Source: Utricularia gibba
Taxonomy: Eukaryota; Plantae; Magnoliophyta
Length of the DNA stretch: 64,000 bases
NCBI GenBank assembly: GCA_002189035.1
Contig: NEEC01000004.1
Location: forward strand, 1,488,001 to 1,552,000
Direction: 5' to 3'
Positions 11,690-24,559 of the stretch are shown here, piece by piece. Both the position numbers and the translations under genes were made by a program. The notes under the pieces are model-generated. The model searched no databases and was not told the origin of the DNA. It saw only the letters and a program-made list of their open reading frames with translations. Each line of letters begins with the position of its first letter. Position 1 is the stretch's first letter.

Positions 11690-14129
11690 ATGGCGGAGTC
11701 CGTCTTCGTTGATATGGACTCCATTCCTCTCGCCGGAAAGGTGCTTTAACTGTCGTGGGTTTGCTTTTCTGGGGTATTCTGTTTTGTGGGCTGGATAAGC
11801 TTGAGATGTTTTTCTGGGTTTCATGGGGTCTCCTTTTGTTTGGGGTTTCCGAAAGGCGTTAGGGATGTGATTTCTGGGAAATTGATTTCTTGTCTTTACT
11901 GGGTGTATGAATGCTTTCTAAAGTTTCAGCCTTGAATATAGTTTGATCGAAATAGGTGCTTCTTCTTTCCTTTTTTTTCTTTCAGCATTGATTTGACATT
12001 TTTTTTCTACATACGCTTTTCTTTTTTGTTTCTGTATTCACCTCCTCCCTACTCGACCCCCTTCCCCTCTTTAATGCCCTAGTCGGTACAACTAAGGCCT
12101 GAAAATCGCGCCTTAATCTGTAAATAAAGCAGCTATCCTGGATTGAATATGTTCTGAAGGTTTGCGCTTGTGATCAAATTGATGGAATTAGTTTCTGAAG
12201 CTTGTGATGTGGTTCATTTTCATTTTTTGATGGAACCGATCTCTTTATCATTTCAGGAGCATATTGTGAAAACCAGCTGCGGTAATGTCTCTGTTGTCGT
12301 TTTAGGGGATCACGAAAAGCCAGCGCTTATCACTTATCCGGATTTGTCCCTAAACCGTAAGTGATGAAAAGCTTCAATTTTTTATGTAGTCAAGATCTTG
12401 ATTTTTTGGTATTATTATTTTGGAAATTCTCGCGCTTTTTCATGTTTTTTTTTTAATTCTCATTCGGGTAAGTTCTGCTTTAAAACATTTAATCAGATTT
12501 CTCTTAATTTTCTTGTTGTATCAACAAGCTCACTCCTAATGCTCTGCATTTTAAACACACAGACACTTCATGCTTCCATGGATTGTTTGTACACCAGGAG
12601 GCATTTTCCCTTCTGCTTCGCAACTTCTGCATTTATCATATCAGTCCTCCAGGCCATGAGGTGTGTTGCTTGATCGATTGGCAATACTGATAGTGTTCTT
12701 ATGGCTAATACGGTGGCCGTTAGATGTGCTGCATCTTAGCATTTTGATGAACTATTGCAGTCAGGTGCAGCTGCTGCCAGCCCCAATGAAGTCCCAATAA
12801 CAGCTGATGATTTGGCTGATCAAATTGTTGGGATCCTCAACTACTTTGGGTAGCATTCATGTCTTCTTTGGTAAATCTGTTCTATAAAATTGTTGTGCAG
12901 AAGACATATCCAACAAGCATTTTTCCCTTTTACAGACTTGGTACAGTAATGTGCTTGGGCGTAACTGCAGGAGCTTATATTTTAACTCTTTTTGCTGTGA
13001 GTTGTCCTTTGTTATTTCAATCACATGCTCCATACAGTTTTACAAACTCACTTGTTGATGTTTTCCCTCAGTTGAAGTACTCCGGACGTGTCATGGGCCT
13101 TATTCTTGTTTCCCCTCTTTGTAAATCCCCATCATGGTCCGAGTGGTTCTGCAACAAGGTGATATGTTGCACTACTCTGATTACTAAAAAAAGCTTCTTA
13201 GTTTTCTATTTTTTTTTGTAGAAGTGTACATTTTCCTGAAATTTGCTGCATATTTGCAGTTGCTGTCAAGTGTACTCTACCTCTGTGGCATGTGTGGAGT
13301 AGTACAGGAGCTGTTGCTCAGGCGCTACTTCAGCAAGGTTTGTTGCCTCTGCGCCATTTCTTTTCAGATGGGCACTATGAAAAGTTACATTTCATGTTGA
13401 TTTTAGGCGGTGCTCGGAAATATCGACGTGCCGGAGTCCGACATTGTCAAGTCATGCAGAAGGGTTTGTCCCTTGCTTCTTGCTCATCCCCCCTTATGTG
13501 CATTGCTTTCTTTTTGGCACCTAAGTATGTTGTGTACTGCAGTCGTTGTGTGAGAGGCAGAGCTCTAATGTTCTCCGGTATATTGAGGCCATCAATGGGT
13601 ATTCACCTATCTTTAGCTTTAGAAACCATCTTTGACAAGACATGTTTTCCAATGATGCTGTTTACATTCCGGCAGGAGACCTGACATTTCCGATGGCCTG
13701 TGGAAGTTGAAATGCCGATCACTGATCTTCGTCGGAGAAAACTCTCCGTTCCACCACGAAGCTCTTCACATGACATCCAAGCTTGAGAGGAGATTGAGTG
13801 CGTTGGTTGAGGTCTGCTATATCAGTCACTCGGACATTCATGTTGGGAATCCACATACAATGCAATGCAACACAGCGGCATGACGTTTGTTTCGATTTCA
13901 GGTTCAAGGTTGCGGATCAATGGTTACGCAGGAGCAACCGGACGCCATGCTGATGCCACTGGAATACTTCCTGATGGGGTACGGCTTCCAGAAGCAACAT
14001 TCCCATCTCAGCGTGAGTCCCAGAAGCCCATTGAGCCCCACGAGCATCTCCCCTGAGCTTTTCTCACCAGAAAGCATGGGACTCAAACTGAAACCAATAA
14101 AGACAACAAGAATCCAAGAAGAAGTGTGA
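11690..14129 (+). CDS. NDL: NDL / SF21 (N-MYC downregulated-like, Ndr family)
   Basis: [72 protein letters not shown]. Confidence 0.93.
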
Positions 14130-14759
14130 AGAAGAATGAAGGCACACAAACAGGCAAGTCATCGAAAGAAACCTTTGTACACAGAAATTCATTCCATTTT
14201 ACATAAGTTGGTAGATACAGAAAAGAAGGGCAAGGATCATAGAAGACACAGTACAGTCAAAAAGATGGTGTTACTTTTTTTAAATTCTGTTGTGTCCCAC
14301 CACTGCAGTTTGTCTAAATTTGTTGGTGTGTATGGGAATAAAGAAAGAGTGGGTCTGTGTTTTCGTTTTCAGCCAGCTGTTAGACAGACTCTATCAGAGT
14401 TTGGTTGTAAGGCAACGAGTCCAGTTCCTCTCTTCTGTATTTTTGCTTGTCTTATTGTTGCAACCAGGCAAAGCTACATGTCCTCATTGCATCAGTTTGT
14501 CCTCCTCTTGCAGTAAAGATTCCAACCCTGCATTCTTATCACGACCGATCTAACGTTTCTGCTGTCAGTTTTCAATTCCTTTCCCCCCTTCTGATATTTG
14601 TTTAAATTCAAAAGCTTAGTACTGGTTGAAAGAAAGGAGAACAACCCAGATTAATGGGCGTTAGGAAAAGGGAAGGTGAAGTTCAATCGAGCGGCAAATC
14701 AGTTTAAAACAGCAGCGATGCCCGGAATTACAATAGCAAGAACGGTTTTCCTCGCCATG

Positions 14760-14963
14760 AATCTTTGAACGAAAAATGAGTAGTCATTCTACTAGTATTC
14801 TCTCTAATTCCAATTCCGAGCATTTATGAACCAATTGGAAACCTGGGTAACCAAGGATCATCATCAAAATGTAGTCTTTAAGTGTATGATTGATCTAATT
14901 TCGATTTACCTGGCTTCTTGTTAAGCCACTCTTCAGAGCCAGCAAATGCTCCTCGTCGTCCTT
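14760..14963 (-). pseudogene. 3' relic of ATH1 (last two exons, internally deleted)
   Basis: [18 protein letters not shown]|VSNWFINAR, with the intron conserved relative to 20330-20612. Two internal deletions. Confidence 0.93.
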
Positions 14964-15014
14964 ACTGATAGCGAACTTGCCCACCTGAAAGCGCGGTTTC
15001 ACCTCTGGCAGCAC

Positions 15015-15589
15015 ATGAACAGCACTCAAATTTAGTGTCCCAGATAGGTTCCTCACAAGGCACCACCAAAGAAACGTTGCCACCACCTCCCTTATCTTCA
15101 CCACCGTATCTGAACGTTATGCTGGTGTTATGGCGGTTCGTGGTTCACCTCTGCCCCAACTCTGAATCCCAGTAGCAGTCTGCTGGATTAGCAATGGGCA
15201 AGTCCTTCACTTGTGGAGTAAATTAGTGAAATACTCCTCAAGTTCTTTGGTTGTGCCACTGCTCACTCAGCTTTACTGCAATTTACCATTAACTTCTTTG
15301 TTTGCAGCTGATCATATGATTGTTGAAACACTTTGCCTCGAAAACTACGAGTTTGCACTGGGAGATGCTATGGCTTCTCGTTAGGTTTATTTTTTTCTCC
15401 ATGGGATCTTCTACTGCCTTTTGATGCAATACGCATGCTGCTCTGTGCTTTTACTAATATTTGGACACTTGAGCACCCATGTTACTAAATTCTCGAATCA
15501 GGGAATGCAGAACAAACACTTGTTGATCTAATACAGAATTTATTGGAGGCGTTTCTCCAAAGTTGAAACTATCAGCAAATGTGATAGTT
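15015..15589 (+). pseudogene. 5' relic of IMP2 (exons 1-2 plus introns)
   Basis: SLIFTTVSERYAGVMAVRGS, frameshifted. 15326-15589 aligns to 1-278. The donor GT is changed to TT at ~15381. Confidence 0.93.
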
Positions 15590-17836
15590 AATATTAAGTA
15601 TAGTGACTACGTAAACTTTATACGAGGTCTTTTTTTTTATTACAATAGAGTATTATTGATAGTAATTTCAAAGTTCGGTATGAGGTAGTTTTAGAATGGA
15701 TGATTATCTAGAAAACTCTTGATCAAAAATGGAAAAAATATAAAACTATAAGAATTATATATTTGAAACAAACAATATCATATAGAAAAACATGGATCAT
15801 GATAGAATTGTTAGTAGAAACAACATTTCGGTGTATATGGATCCGACTCGACAAGTTATCGATCAAATTCACCCAATCAACATAAAAAATACATTTTTTT
15901 GTTACACCTTGAACCCATTAAGTTAACATAAAAAAAATACGATTAGGTGGATATGATTCAATATGCTTGACTTGTCTCGAGTCATGAGTTAACATAAATC
16001 ATTACATAATATATATATATATTAATATGAATTAAGTTTAATTTATAAGTTATCAATCTAAATAATTGGAATGCCCAACACATTTGATAAAAAAAAACAT
16101 ATTTTTTTGTTGTTGATTTACATTTTAGGTTCAACCCATCTAATCCATTGAGTCAATCCGTACTCTTTACTATATACCTATTTTGTACTTGTTTTTTTGT
16201 TTGTTGAGCTTCTAGTTATACAAAAGTTGAAAATTCATTTCATATAAAGTGAAAGATTAATTTATATTAAATAAAAATTATTAATCAAATATTTTGTAAA
16301 TAATGATATTCAATATTATATATTTGATACTTAATTTATTTTTTTTATTTAAATTTATATTTGTTGTGAAATACAGATTCATATTAATTGGATTTAGTTC
16401 ATCATATGTGTTATAATAAAATCTAATTTAATTATTATTTATTATACGTATTTTAATAATATTATATATATATTTATTTAAATTATAAAAACTTTTTTAA
16501 AAATAAACTTTATATTTTTTAAATCATTTATTTTTATATAAATTAATCTTATTCATATTTAAATTAAAAAACAAATTCAAATAACCCGTCCATAACTTAT
16601 TGCATTGTGAAACATGAATATGAGGAAAATCACATAAATATATAAATAAATATATTTTCTGATGTTGAAATGAAGTGCATTGACTTGGAATGAATTAAAT
16701 ACAAAATCAATGCAAAAAAATTAATTAAATTCAAAACTAATTTAAAGTCAACAAAACAAAGAAGTTTAAAGCATATTCGATTCAAAAAATAAGATTAATC
16801 GATTCGATTTTTTATTACCTAATTACAAATTATTAATATATTATTAATAAAATACATTACTTCCCACATGAATTCAAAATCAATATTCAATTAAAACATC
16901 TACCTTGTGTTCCCATTGAATGTTTTGAACATACTATTTTTATATTAATCAAACATTTTGTAGAAGAATGTCTAACAAAAAAATATTTTTTTATCTTAAT
17001 AAAATATTGTTAATAATTATTTATATAATATAATTAAAAAAAATGAGTCAAATAAATGAAACTAGAGTATAGTTATTTATCCAAAATTAATTGAAAACCA
17101 ATTTATATATATTTTTAATTATTATTTTTATTAAGGAATATGAATTACAGAAAATTAAATTAAATATATTGAATGTTGAGGGCGGCCTTACGATGGTTGA
17201 CTTCGGGTTTCATTTATTGGTCATTAAGGCGGGGATGGGTAATTAACTTAATAATAAGAACCTAATCTTCTTAATTTTCTTGTCATCATCGACGCCACGC
17301 TCTCTGGAATTTGAACCAGTTGCTTGTCCACGCTACGCGTGGAGTATTAAGAGAGTTGCCATGGTACGCTTTGTTAGATTCTTCTGGTTGAATTTTCTCT
17401 TTTTGGTCGCGGTTACCTTGTGGGTTTTTCTTCTTTTTGTTTTTTTGAAACCGGAATGTTGTATGATTCTCCGTGATTTTCTGCAGTTGATTCACCGGGT
17501 TTTTTTAAGTGCCCGCTACCCTGTTCTCGATTCGCAGGTTCCGAATCTACTCCCGGGGCTTCTGTTCTGAGGGATTTTGTTTCTTGAAGACTGGTCACTT
17601 AGTTTCCAGGAGTTTTGGAAATTCGTTCACCTGGCGGTCATACAATTCTGTGGTACTGGGATCTTGGGGTATAAGGATATTTACTGTTACCCGGATAGGG
17701 AAATGCCCTTAGTCCCATTGTGGGAGGGGAATCGTTGAGTATATAGCGAAGTTCAAAGGTTTGGGATGCAGTGAAACTTCTTGTTGAATCGGGTTTTTGA
17801 ATCACATTGGCTTAGATGCAACTGTAGATTGGAAAC

Positions 17837-19273
17837 ATGGAAGAAGGCTCTAATCTGTCACCTGGGACAAAGGCCAGGGGTCTTCCCCAAAGGCTGCAAC
17901 AGTTGCTGTTGATGCTTCTTCCGCTCTGTTTTATTGTTGCTGTTATTATTATGCACACGACGAGTTATTTTAGGGTTAATACTCCAATTACCTCTCCAAG
18001 GTCAGCTTTTTTACCTTGCATTAATGGGAGAAATTTGACCTCATGGAAATGGATTGAACCCCCTATGAATCTGATGCACAATATGAGCGATAAGCAGTTG
18101 TTTTGGAGGGCATCCCGTGAACCCCGGGTTAAGAAGTATCCGTGTAAGAGGGTTCCTAAAGTTGCCTTCATGTTCCTGACCAAGGGGCCATTGCCATTAG
18201 CCCCTCTATGGGAAAGGTTTTTCAAGGGTCATGAAGGGCTGTATTCCATCTACATTCATTCTTTGCCTTGGTTTCAGCCGAAGTTTTCATCCTCTTCTGT
18301 GTTCTACGGAAGGCAAATACCTAGTCAGGTGGGTTCATTGCCCTTTAAACATGGTTGGTTATGTGCTTGGTAGTTTTCCAATCTTTCCTATGTTACTGTA
18401 ATGGGATACACAAAGTGGTTATTCGTGTAGAAATGGAATTACGTCGGTAAATGTTGACTTAAGGTCCTTTCTGTGGAATCCACTTCATTTTTTCCAGGAG
18501 ATCTCTCAAAGAATACATGAACACTTGATCCAGATATATTACTTTTATCTGTATTAGATTGATGAGATATGGTTCCTGCAGCAAGTTCCTCTGTGTTTCT
18601 GCTGATGATTCCGTCTCTTGTTTCTCTGTGTCCTGAAAAGGTGAGTGAATGGGGGAAGATTACTTTGTGTGATGCCGAGAGACGACTCGTAGCAAATGCC
18701 CTTCTGGACGTTGCAAATGAACGCTTCGTCTTGTTATCTGAATCATGTATTCCCCTCCACAACTTCACCTTCATCTACAACTACTTGACTGGCTCCAAAC
18801 ACAGCTTCTTGGGCGTCTTCGATGATCCCGGTCCATATGGAAGGGGGCGATACACCATCAACATGTTACCAGAAATCAACATCACCCAGTGGCGCAAGGG
18901 CTCCCAGTGGTTCGAACTCAACCGGAAGCTAGCCATCCTCGCAGTCAAAGACGAGAAATACTACCCGAAATTCTCGGAGTTCTGCAATCCACCTTGCTAC
19001 GTGGACGAGCATTATCTCCCCACCATGCTGTTCATACAGGCCGGCCACATGCTGGCAAACAGAAGCTTAACTTGGACTGACTGGTCGAGGGGCGGCGCAC
19101 ACCCTGCAACTTTTGGTGGAGCTGATATCAGCAAAGAGTTTTTGAAGAGAATGAATGGAGACAGCAGATGTGACTACAACAATAAGACATCTTCTTCCGT
19201 TTGCTTTCTGTTCGCAAGGAAGTTTTCTCCCAGCGCCTTAGAAGCCCTGACTCCCACTCTCCTGGGATTTTAG
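17837..19273 (+). CDS. Core-2/I-branching (DUF266/BC10-like) glycosyltransferase, 2 exons
   Basis: PKVAFMFLTKGPLPLAPLWERFF, DAERRLVANALLD, NERFVLLSESCIPL, WRKGSQWFE, CYVDEHY. Intron at 18329-18640. Confidence 0.93.
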
Positions 19274-19549
19274 ACATACGTAGTGTTCCACTTTTCCTTA
19301 GTCGCTGTTTTCTGAGACCAGAAGGTGCAAGTTAATTGTCCTTTACAGTTTTACCATGAATACAAGTCTGTCATACCGGCTTCTCGGGCCGTTTCTTTCA
19401 GCATGATTTTCAGTAGTAAGGTCAACGATCATCTTGTATGGAGACAAATGAATCTGTCCGAATGTCCAGCCGGATTTTGGTTAGAACCTGGGGACAGTGG
19501 GAGTGTGTAACTGGGGAATGATCTTGGTATAGCGCTGGCGAATGAGTTT

Positions 19550-20282
19550 TGCCTCCCGGTTCCACCCTCCCCCCCCCCCCCCCCCCCCCTGTAATGCCCT
19601 GAAAACGCACCTGGCATGAATATGTTCTCAAGGATTGCGTTTGTGATAAAATCTTATTTGATGGAATGAGTTTCTGAAGTATACGGTGTGTTTCATTTTC
19701 ATTTTTTGTATGGAACCGATGTCTTCATCATTTCAGAAGCAAGCATATTGTGAAAACCAGCTGCGGCAATGTCTCTGTTGTCGTTTTAGGGGATCTTGAA
19801 AAGCCATAGCTGATCACTTGTATAGAAGAAGGGTAAGGATCGTAGAAGACACATTACAGTCAAAAAAGATGGATTCTTTTTTTAAATCCTGTTGTCTCCC
19901 AACACTGCAATTTGCCGAAATTTGGTGGGTGTTTGTGGGAATAAAGAAAGAATCGGCCTGTGTTTTCGTTTTCAGCCCACCGTTAGGAAGACCCCATCGG
20001 AGTTTGGTCGTGAGGCAAAGCCACATGTCCGTATTGCGTTAGTTTGTCCTCCTCTTGCAGTAAAGATTCTAACCCTGGATTCTCATCACGAGCGATCCAA
20101 CATTTCAACAATTAGTTTTCAATTCAAAAGCTTGCTACTGGTTGAAGGAAATGCGAACAACCGAGAATAATGGGCGTTAGGAAAGGGGAAGGTGAAGTTG
20201 AATCGAGCGGCAAATCAGTTTACAACTGCAGAAATGGTGGCCGAAAATTACAATAGCAAGTAACGGTTGTCGCCGCCATGTA
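19550..20282 (+). pseudogene. NDL relic: end of intron 1 and exon 2 fused to the 3' UTR by a ~1.9 kb deletion
   Basis: 19590-19820 aligns to 12070-12338, with an AAGC duplication and an in-frame TAG at 19807. 19820-20282 aligns to 14215-14760. Confidence 0.93.
19569..19589 (+). repeat. Poly-C tract (21 nt)
   Basis: Seen directly. The paralogous site at 12057-12070 is an interrupted C/T tract. Confidence 0.9.
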
Positions 20283-20303
20283 TTTTTGCCTCTTTATCAT
20301 CAA

Positions 20304-21853
20304 TCATTGATCCGAAAATCTCGTATTGTTGAACGGAATGTGAGTAGTGATTCTACTAGTATGCTCGCCAATTCCGATTCCTTCGGTTTGTTCGCTGCTT
20401 CGTCTGGGCTTCCTTGTGCTCATTTCTGAGTACATTTCCTCTATCATCGGCTTCCATAGGCGTACGCGAGCATTTATGAACCAATTGGAAACCTGGGTAA
20501 CCAATGATCATCATCAAAATGCAATCTTTAGAGTATGATTGATCCAATTTCGATTTACCTGGCTTCTTGTTAAGCCACTCTTCAGAGCCAGCAAGTGCTT
20601 CTCCGCATCCCTTGGGTACCTGAAATATGTTAAATTCGTAATTTTTTTGCACAGTTTGGGTGTTGAATTTGTAGGGTGCTTACGGGTGTAGGAAGTTTTG
20701 GAACATCCAGGCTTTCAATACAGAGACAGATCTCTCGGGCAACCCTCGTTGAGGTTTCCAGAGAGGCTGCTCCTTTTTTTTCATCTCTTGTATAGCAGCA
20801 GCCCATTGCTTTTGCATCATCATAGATGATGATGATGAGGAGGATGTACCAAGTGGAGAATAGTTGTTTTCTTCTCTTTGTCTCTCAACTCTGCGTGACC
20901 CCAGTTCCAGAATGAGGCTGCTGATTCTTTCTCTGAGGGACTTGTACATGTTAGATATCGCAGGAAGAGCGAAACGTGTGTGGAGATTTGGATCCAGGTC
21001 GGTTACTGCATGAAATGCAGAGATTACCGTGTGGACTTCATCCAAGCATTGATTGTATTGATTGTCAACCTGGATTTGAATGAACAAGAAGTCGAGTCAG
21101 TAGAATGTGTCAAGGCTGTAAGAGATGAAGCAAATTGCTGATACTAACCAATTGCAGTAAAGCCAGCAGATGCTTTTTCTTGGCTTCGGTTTCCATGGTG
21201 TCATTATCAGGGGTTGAGCTTGAAGGGTTGGCTGTGCTTTCTTCAGTTGAAAATTTGCTCTGCAGCTCAGGACTTTCAAGAGAAAAGCAAGCGATTTCAG
21301 CAAGAATCTTCTGCATTGCGTGCATAAGCGCTGAGGATGAAAGCTGGAGAGGTTTGCTGGGATTGTTCATAGCATTGCTGCTGCTGGAAGTATGATCAGA
21401 CCTGAGTTTCTGCTTACGGAAGGAATGGCTTGAAGATGTGATCTCTGAGCATTGCTCCTGAGCCGCAAAGCTCAAACACGACTCACTGTTGAAATTCCCA
21501 GAGTTGATCTCCTGCTCCCTCAGTACCCATTCATAGTTTTCAGCTTGGTGTTGAGAAGCAGCCATGAATTTGTTGAAGCTGGGGTCAAAAGGCAAAGCGC
21601 AACTGTAATGTGGAGTGTCAACTGGACAATTCCCTAAACCAGAGCTACTGCCAAATGGGTAGGCAGCAAAAGAGCTTTGCTCATTGGTGAAATTGATGAG
21701 GGCTTCCTGGAGAGAGGGAGGGGAAGCAAGCTGCGGTGGAATGAACTGGTTCTGAACTGTGTAGTCCATTGAAGAATACATGGCTGTGCAGAATGGAGTT
21801 TCTTCTGTTTCAACACAGTTGGAAGCAGCAGCTTCTGCAAGCCTATAGCTCAT
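20304..21853 (-). CDS. ATH1: BEL1-like homeodomain protein, ATH1 type, 4 coding exons; start codon uncertain (21853 or 21874)
   Basis: SKY/BELL domains ([32 protein letters not shown]). Homeodomain [49 protein letters not shown]. Confidence 0.9.
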
Positions 21854-24559
21854 TCCCCCTACCCTGTTTTGCATTGAAAGGAAAGATAAATGACACCATG
21901 TTTCTAAGGAGAGTAATCTGAGATTGAGAATCAAAAAGCAAACCTTTTAGTTATCGGGAAAGGAAGTAACAGAAGATTAGAACAGCTCTGGTGTGGGTGG
22001 GCGTGGTTGGTTTGCAGAGCAGAGGCGTTAGAAGATTATAACAAGATGAAGAGCAGTGGAGAGAAGTGGATTCATTTGATGACAACTATATGTAGGAAAT
22101 CACTGGTTACCCTTTCCTCCCAAACAGTCAGCTGTGTCATCAAAACCCAAAAAGACTGTAAAAAGTGAGATTTTTCGAATTTCTGCTCTCATGCACTAAA
22201 CCAGCAGCTGCTGCTGCTGCAGGTGCAGGTCCGCTCATTCATCTCAACCCCACCATTCGTGAGAAAGCTAGACAACAAGGGATAAAGGGACAAAGGGGAA
22301 AGAAAGAAAGAAAGAATTGTGATTTTGTATTGTCTCCGAAGAAATGCAAAAGCTGATCTGCTTGCCACCAGAATCGCTCCTCCTCCTCTCCTTCCTTAGA
22401 AAGCTTGTATCACACAGACATGTGTTCATGGCGTTTAATGACCAGTGGCTTCTTCCATCTACAACCAACCAGGAAAGCCTATACGTGGAACCAGGCAACT
22501 GTTGCTCATGGGCCTCCTCCCTGTGCAGATCTACGGATGTAGGGAGGTGGATATGAATCATTGCACGGTGTTGAGTGAGAGGCAGGGGCTCCAATCCAAG
22601 GGTGAAATGCATAGCATGAAATGATATGATGCATGATCCTGTACATTCTTTCATTTCTGTTGCAGCCTTTTCTGTGTCCCTCCTCTCTTGTAGCCATCCA
22701 CTTGTCAAGGTCATGTGCATGGCTACTACTAACTACCCCATGGTGAAACCAAGCAAACAAACAAAGCAGAAAGGAACAAGCTATTCTTTCAGCTACCTGA
22801 ATCAAACAAGGGAGTTATGGCAAGCTAACTGTTTCAGCAGCAGTGCACCCCCAGTCTCCTCCACCTCAACTCACAGACAGAGAGAGCCAAGAGAGAAGGC
22901 ACAAGGAAAGAGACGCAGAGATAGAGTTAATGCAAGGAAGATGAGGATGGTGGAACAACAGTAGCTACCACAATGATGAATCATTCAGGCTGTCTGAGAG
23001 ATCTTTGACGAAGGTACATGCTCTCCTCTGCACCCACAAGCCATTCCCATTTCTCAGCACAGTGCTGAATACAACCATCTCTATGTATCCACAGTGCCCA
23101 TAATTGTACCTTCCCTTGTCATCATCCCGTTACTGTTTCTTCTTCTTCCTCCCCTCCTTCAAGATCTGTTTTCTGGGTCATACTCTGTTCCGTTAAAAGT
23201 AGTTAGCTTGAGGGTGAACTCCCGTGGGGTACCCTGCAACTTTGAACAGTGTTCAATTTTTTACAAACCTTATCCAAATATTATTAAAATCCTGAATTTG
23301 ATTCCCATGCCAGGTAAATAGTATCTTCATATTGTATTTTAAAATCAAATATTTAATCCCAATATTAAATTCTTGAATATAATTCCTATGCCATCTAAAG
23401 GCTTCTCATACAATGATTGAAAATCATAGGGCCGATCCAAAATTAGGTCTGTTTTAAATCAAATTCATGATTTAAATAGAGATATTTATTATTTTATAAT
23501 AAAATTTTTAACTTTTGTAAATAATCATTTTTTATTTTTTTAAAAAATAATTAAATAGATAAATCATTCTACTCTTTTATGATATTTATTTTCTTGAAAT
23601 AGAGAGATCGAATTGTATTAGTAGTTCCATGAATCCTAATATTTTCAAGTATTTTGAAATATACTTAAAAAGTATTAAATTATATTTAATACAAATATAT
23701 GATTGAATCTAATAACGGTTTTTAAAACCCAGCTGCGTTGTTTTTTCCAGAATTTGAACGGCGTCTCTGCCTCCTTCTACATGTGGGCCGTTTCAAGGAA
23801 TCTTCTCTCTGTGGCCCAACATTTCCATGGGCTTTCCATACATTCGAGCCTGGCTCATTTATACCAAGCCCAAACCAAACTGTGGCCCATGGGGCTCAAA
23901 TCCGTTATAATAGTGGGAATCAAAGCTTGAAACCTACTTTTTTGCTTTACGACAAGCCTGCCTGGCCTACCTACCTACTCTGTAATTTGAGTTGGAAACT
24001 TACCGAAAGGGGGCGGGGCGGGGGTGGGGGCGCGATGTACAAGAAATTGACTTTGAGATGAATTAATTTAGAAGCGAAGTGGGGGATTGATTGGGTGGGC
24101 GTGCGTCCACCAGATTCACATGCCGCCTCTGATGATGACCTGAATTATCAACATCAATGCTTTGGCTATGCCCACCCCCACCCTCATTTTATCATACCAA
24201 TTATATTACTATTATTATTATTTAAAGCAATAAGTGCAGTTACGGTGGAGTGGTGTACCTGGTTTGACTTCCGGCTCCGGCGCGAGGTGAGGAGCTGGTA
24301 CCTGATGAAATCTAATGCCTGCTAAACCTGATGAAAGAATGGAGTATGTATTTTCTTGAATACAAATTGCATCAAACCGCTATCCCTCTTTCACAAATGC
24401 TGGTTCAATTTGAAACAAGTGCGGCGGAATCAGCGCTGGATGCCGAATCCCTATGGCTATTGGCTATGGCTAATTTTCAACCCTTGGCAATTATTACCGT
24501 GGAAAAAAGAAAAATAGGGGGAAAAAAAATCAAGGGAAGAGGATCAGATCGACCAACCG

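Noticed and set aside
14895-15104. 69-aa chimeric ORF (antisense IMP2 plus ATH1 homeodomain fragment) as a new gene
   Set aside because: It starts at GTG, spans the duplication junction and has no promoter evidence.
14760-15589. Pack-MULE or Helitron capture, or retrocopy origin, of the gene fragments
   Set aside because: The fragments keep introns, are collinear with local parents, and show no TIRs or Helitron ends. Tandem duplication is the simpler explanation.
14760-20282. Haplotype mis-assembly as the source of the duplicates
   Set aside because: The copies carry many substitutions, stops, a splice-site loss and deletions, more than expected between alleles. This cannot be fully excluded without reads.
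22165-23321. Several 60-150 aa ORFs or a miRNA hairpin upstream of ATH1
   Set aside because: No domain or known miRNA recognised. The region is probably leader and promoter sequence of ATH1.
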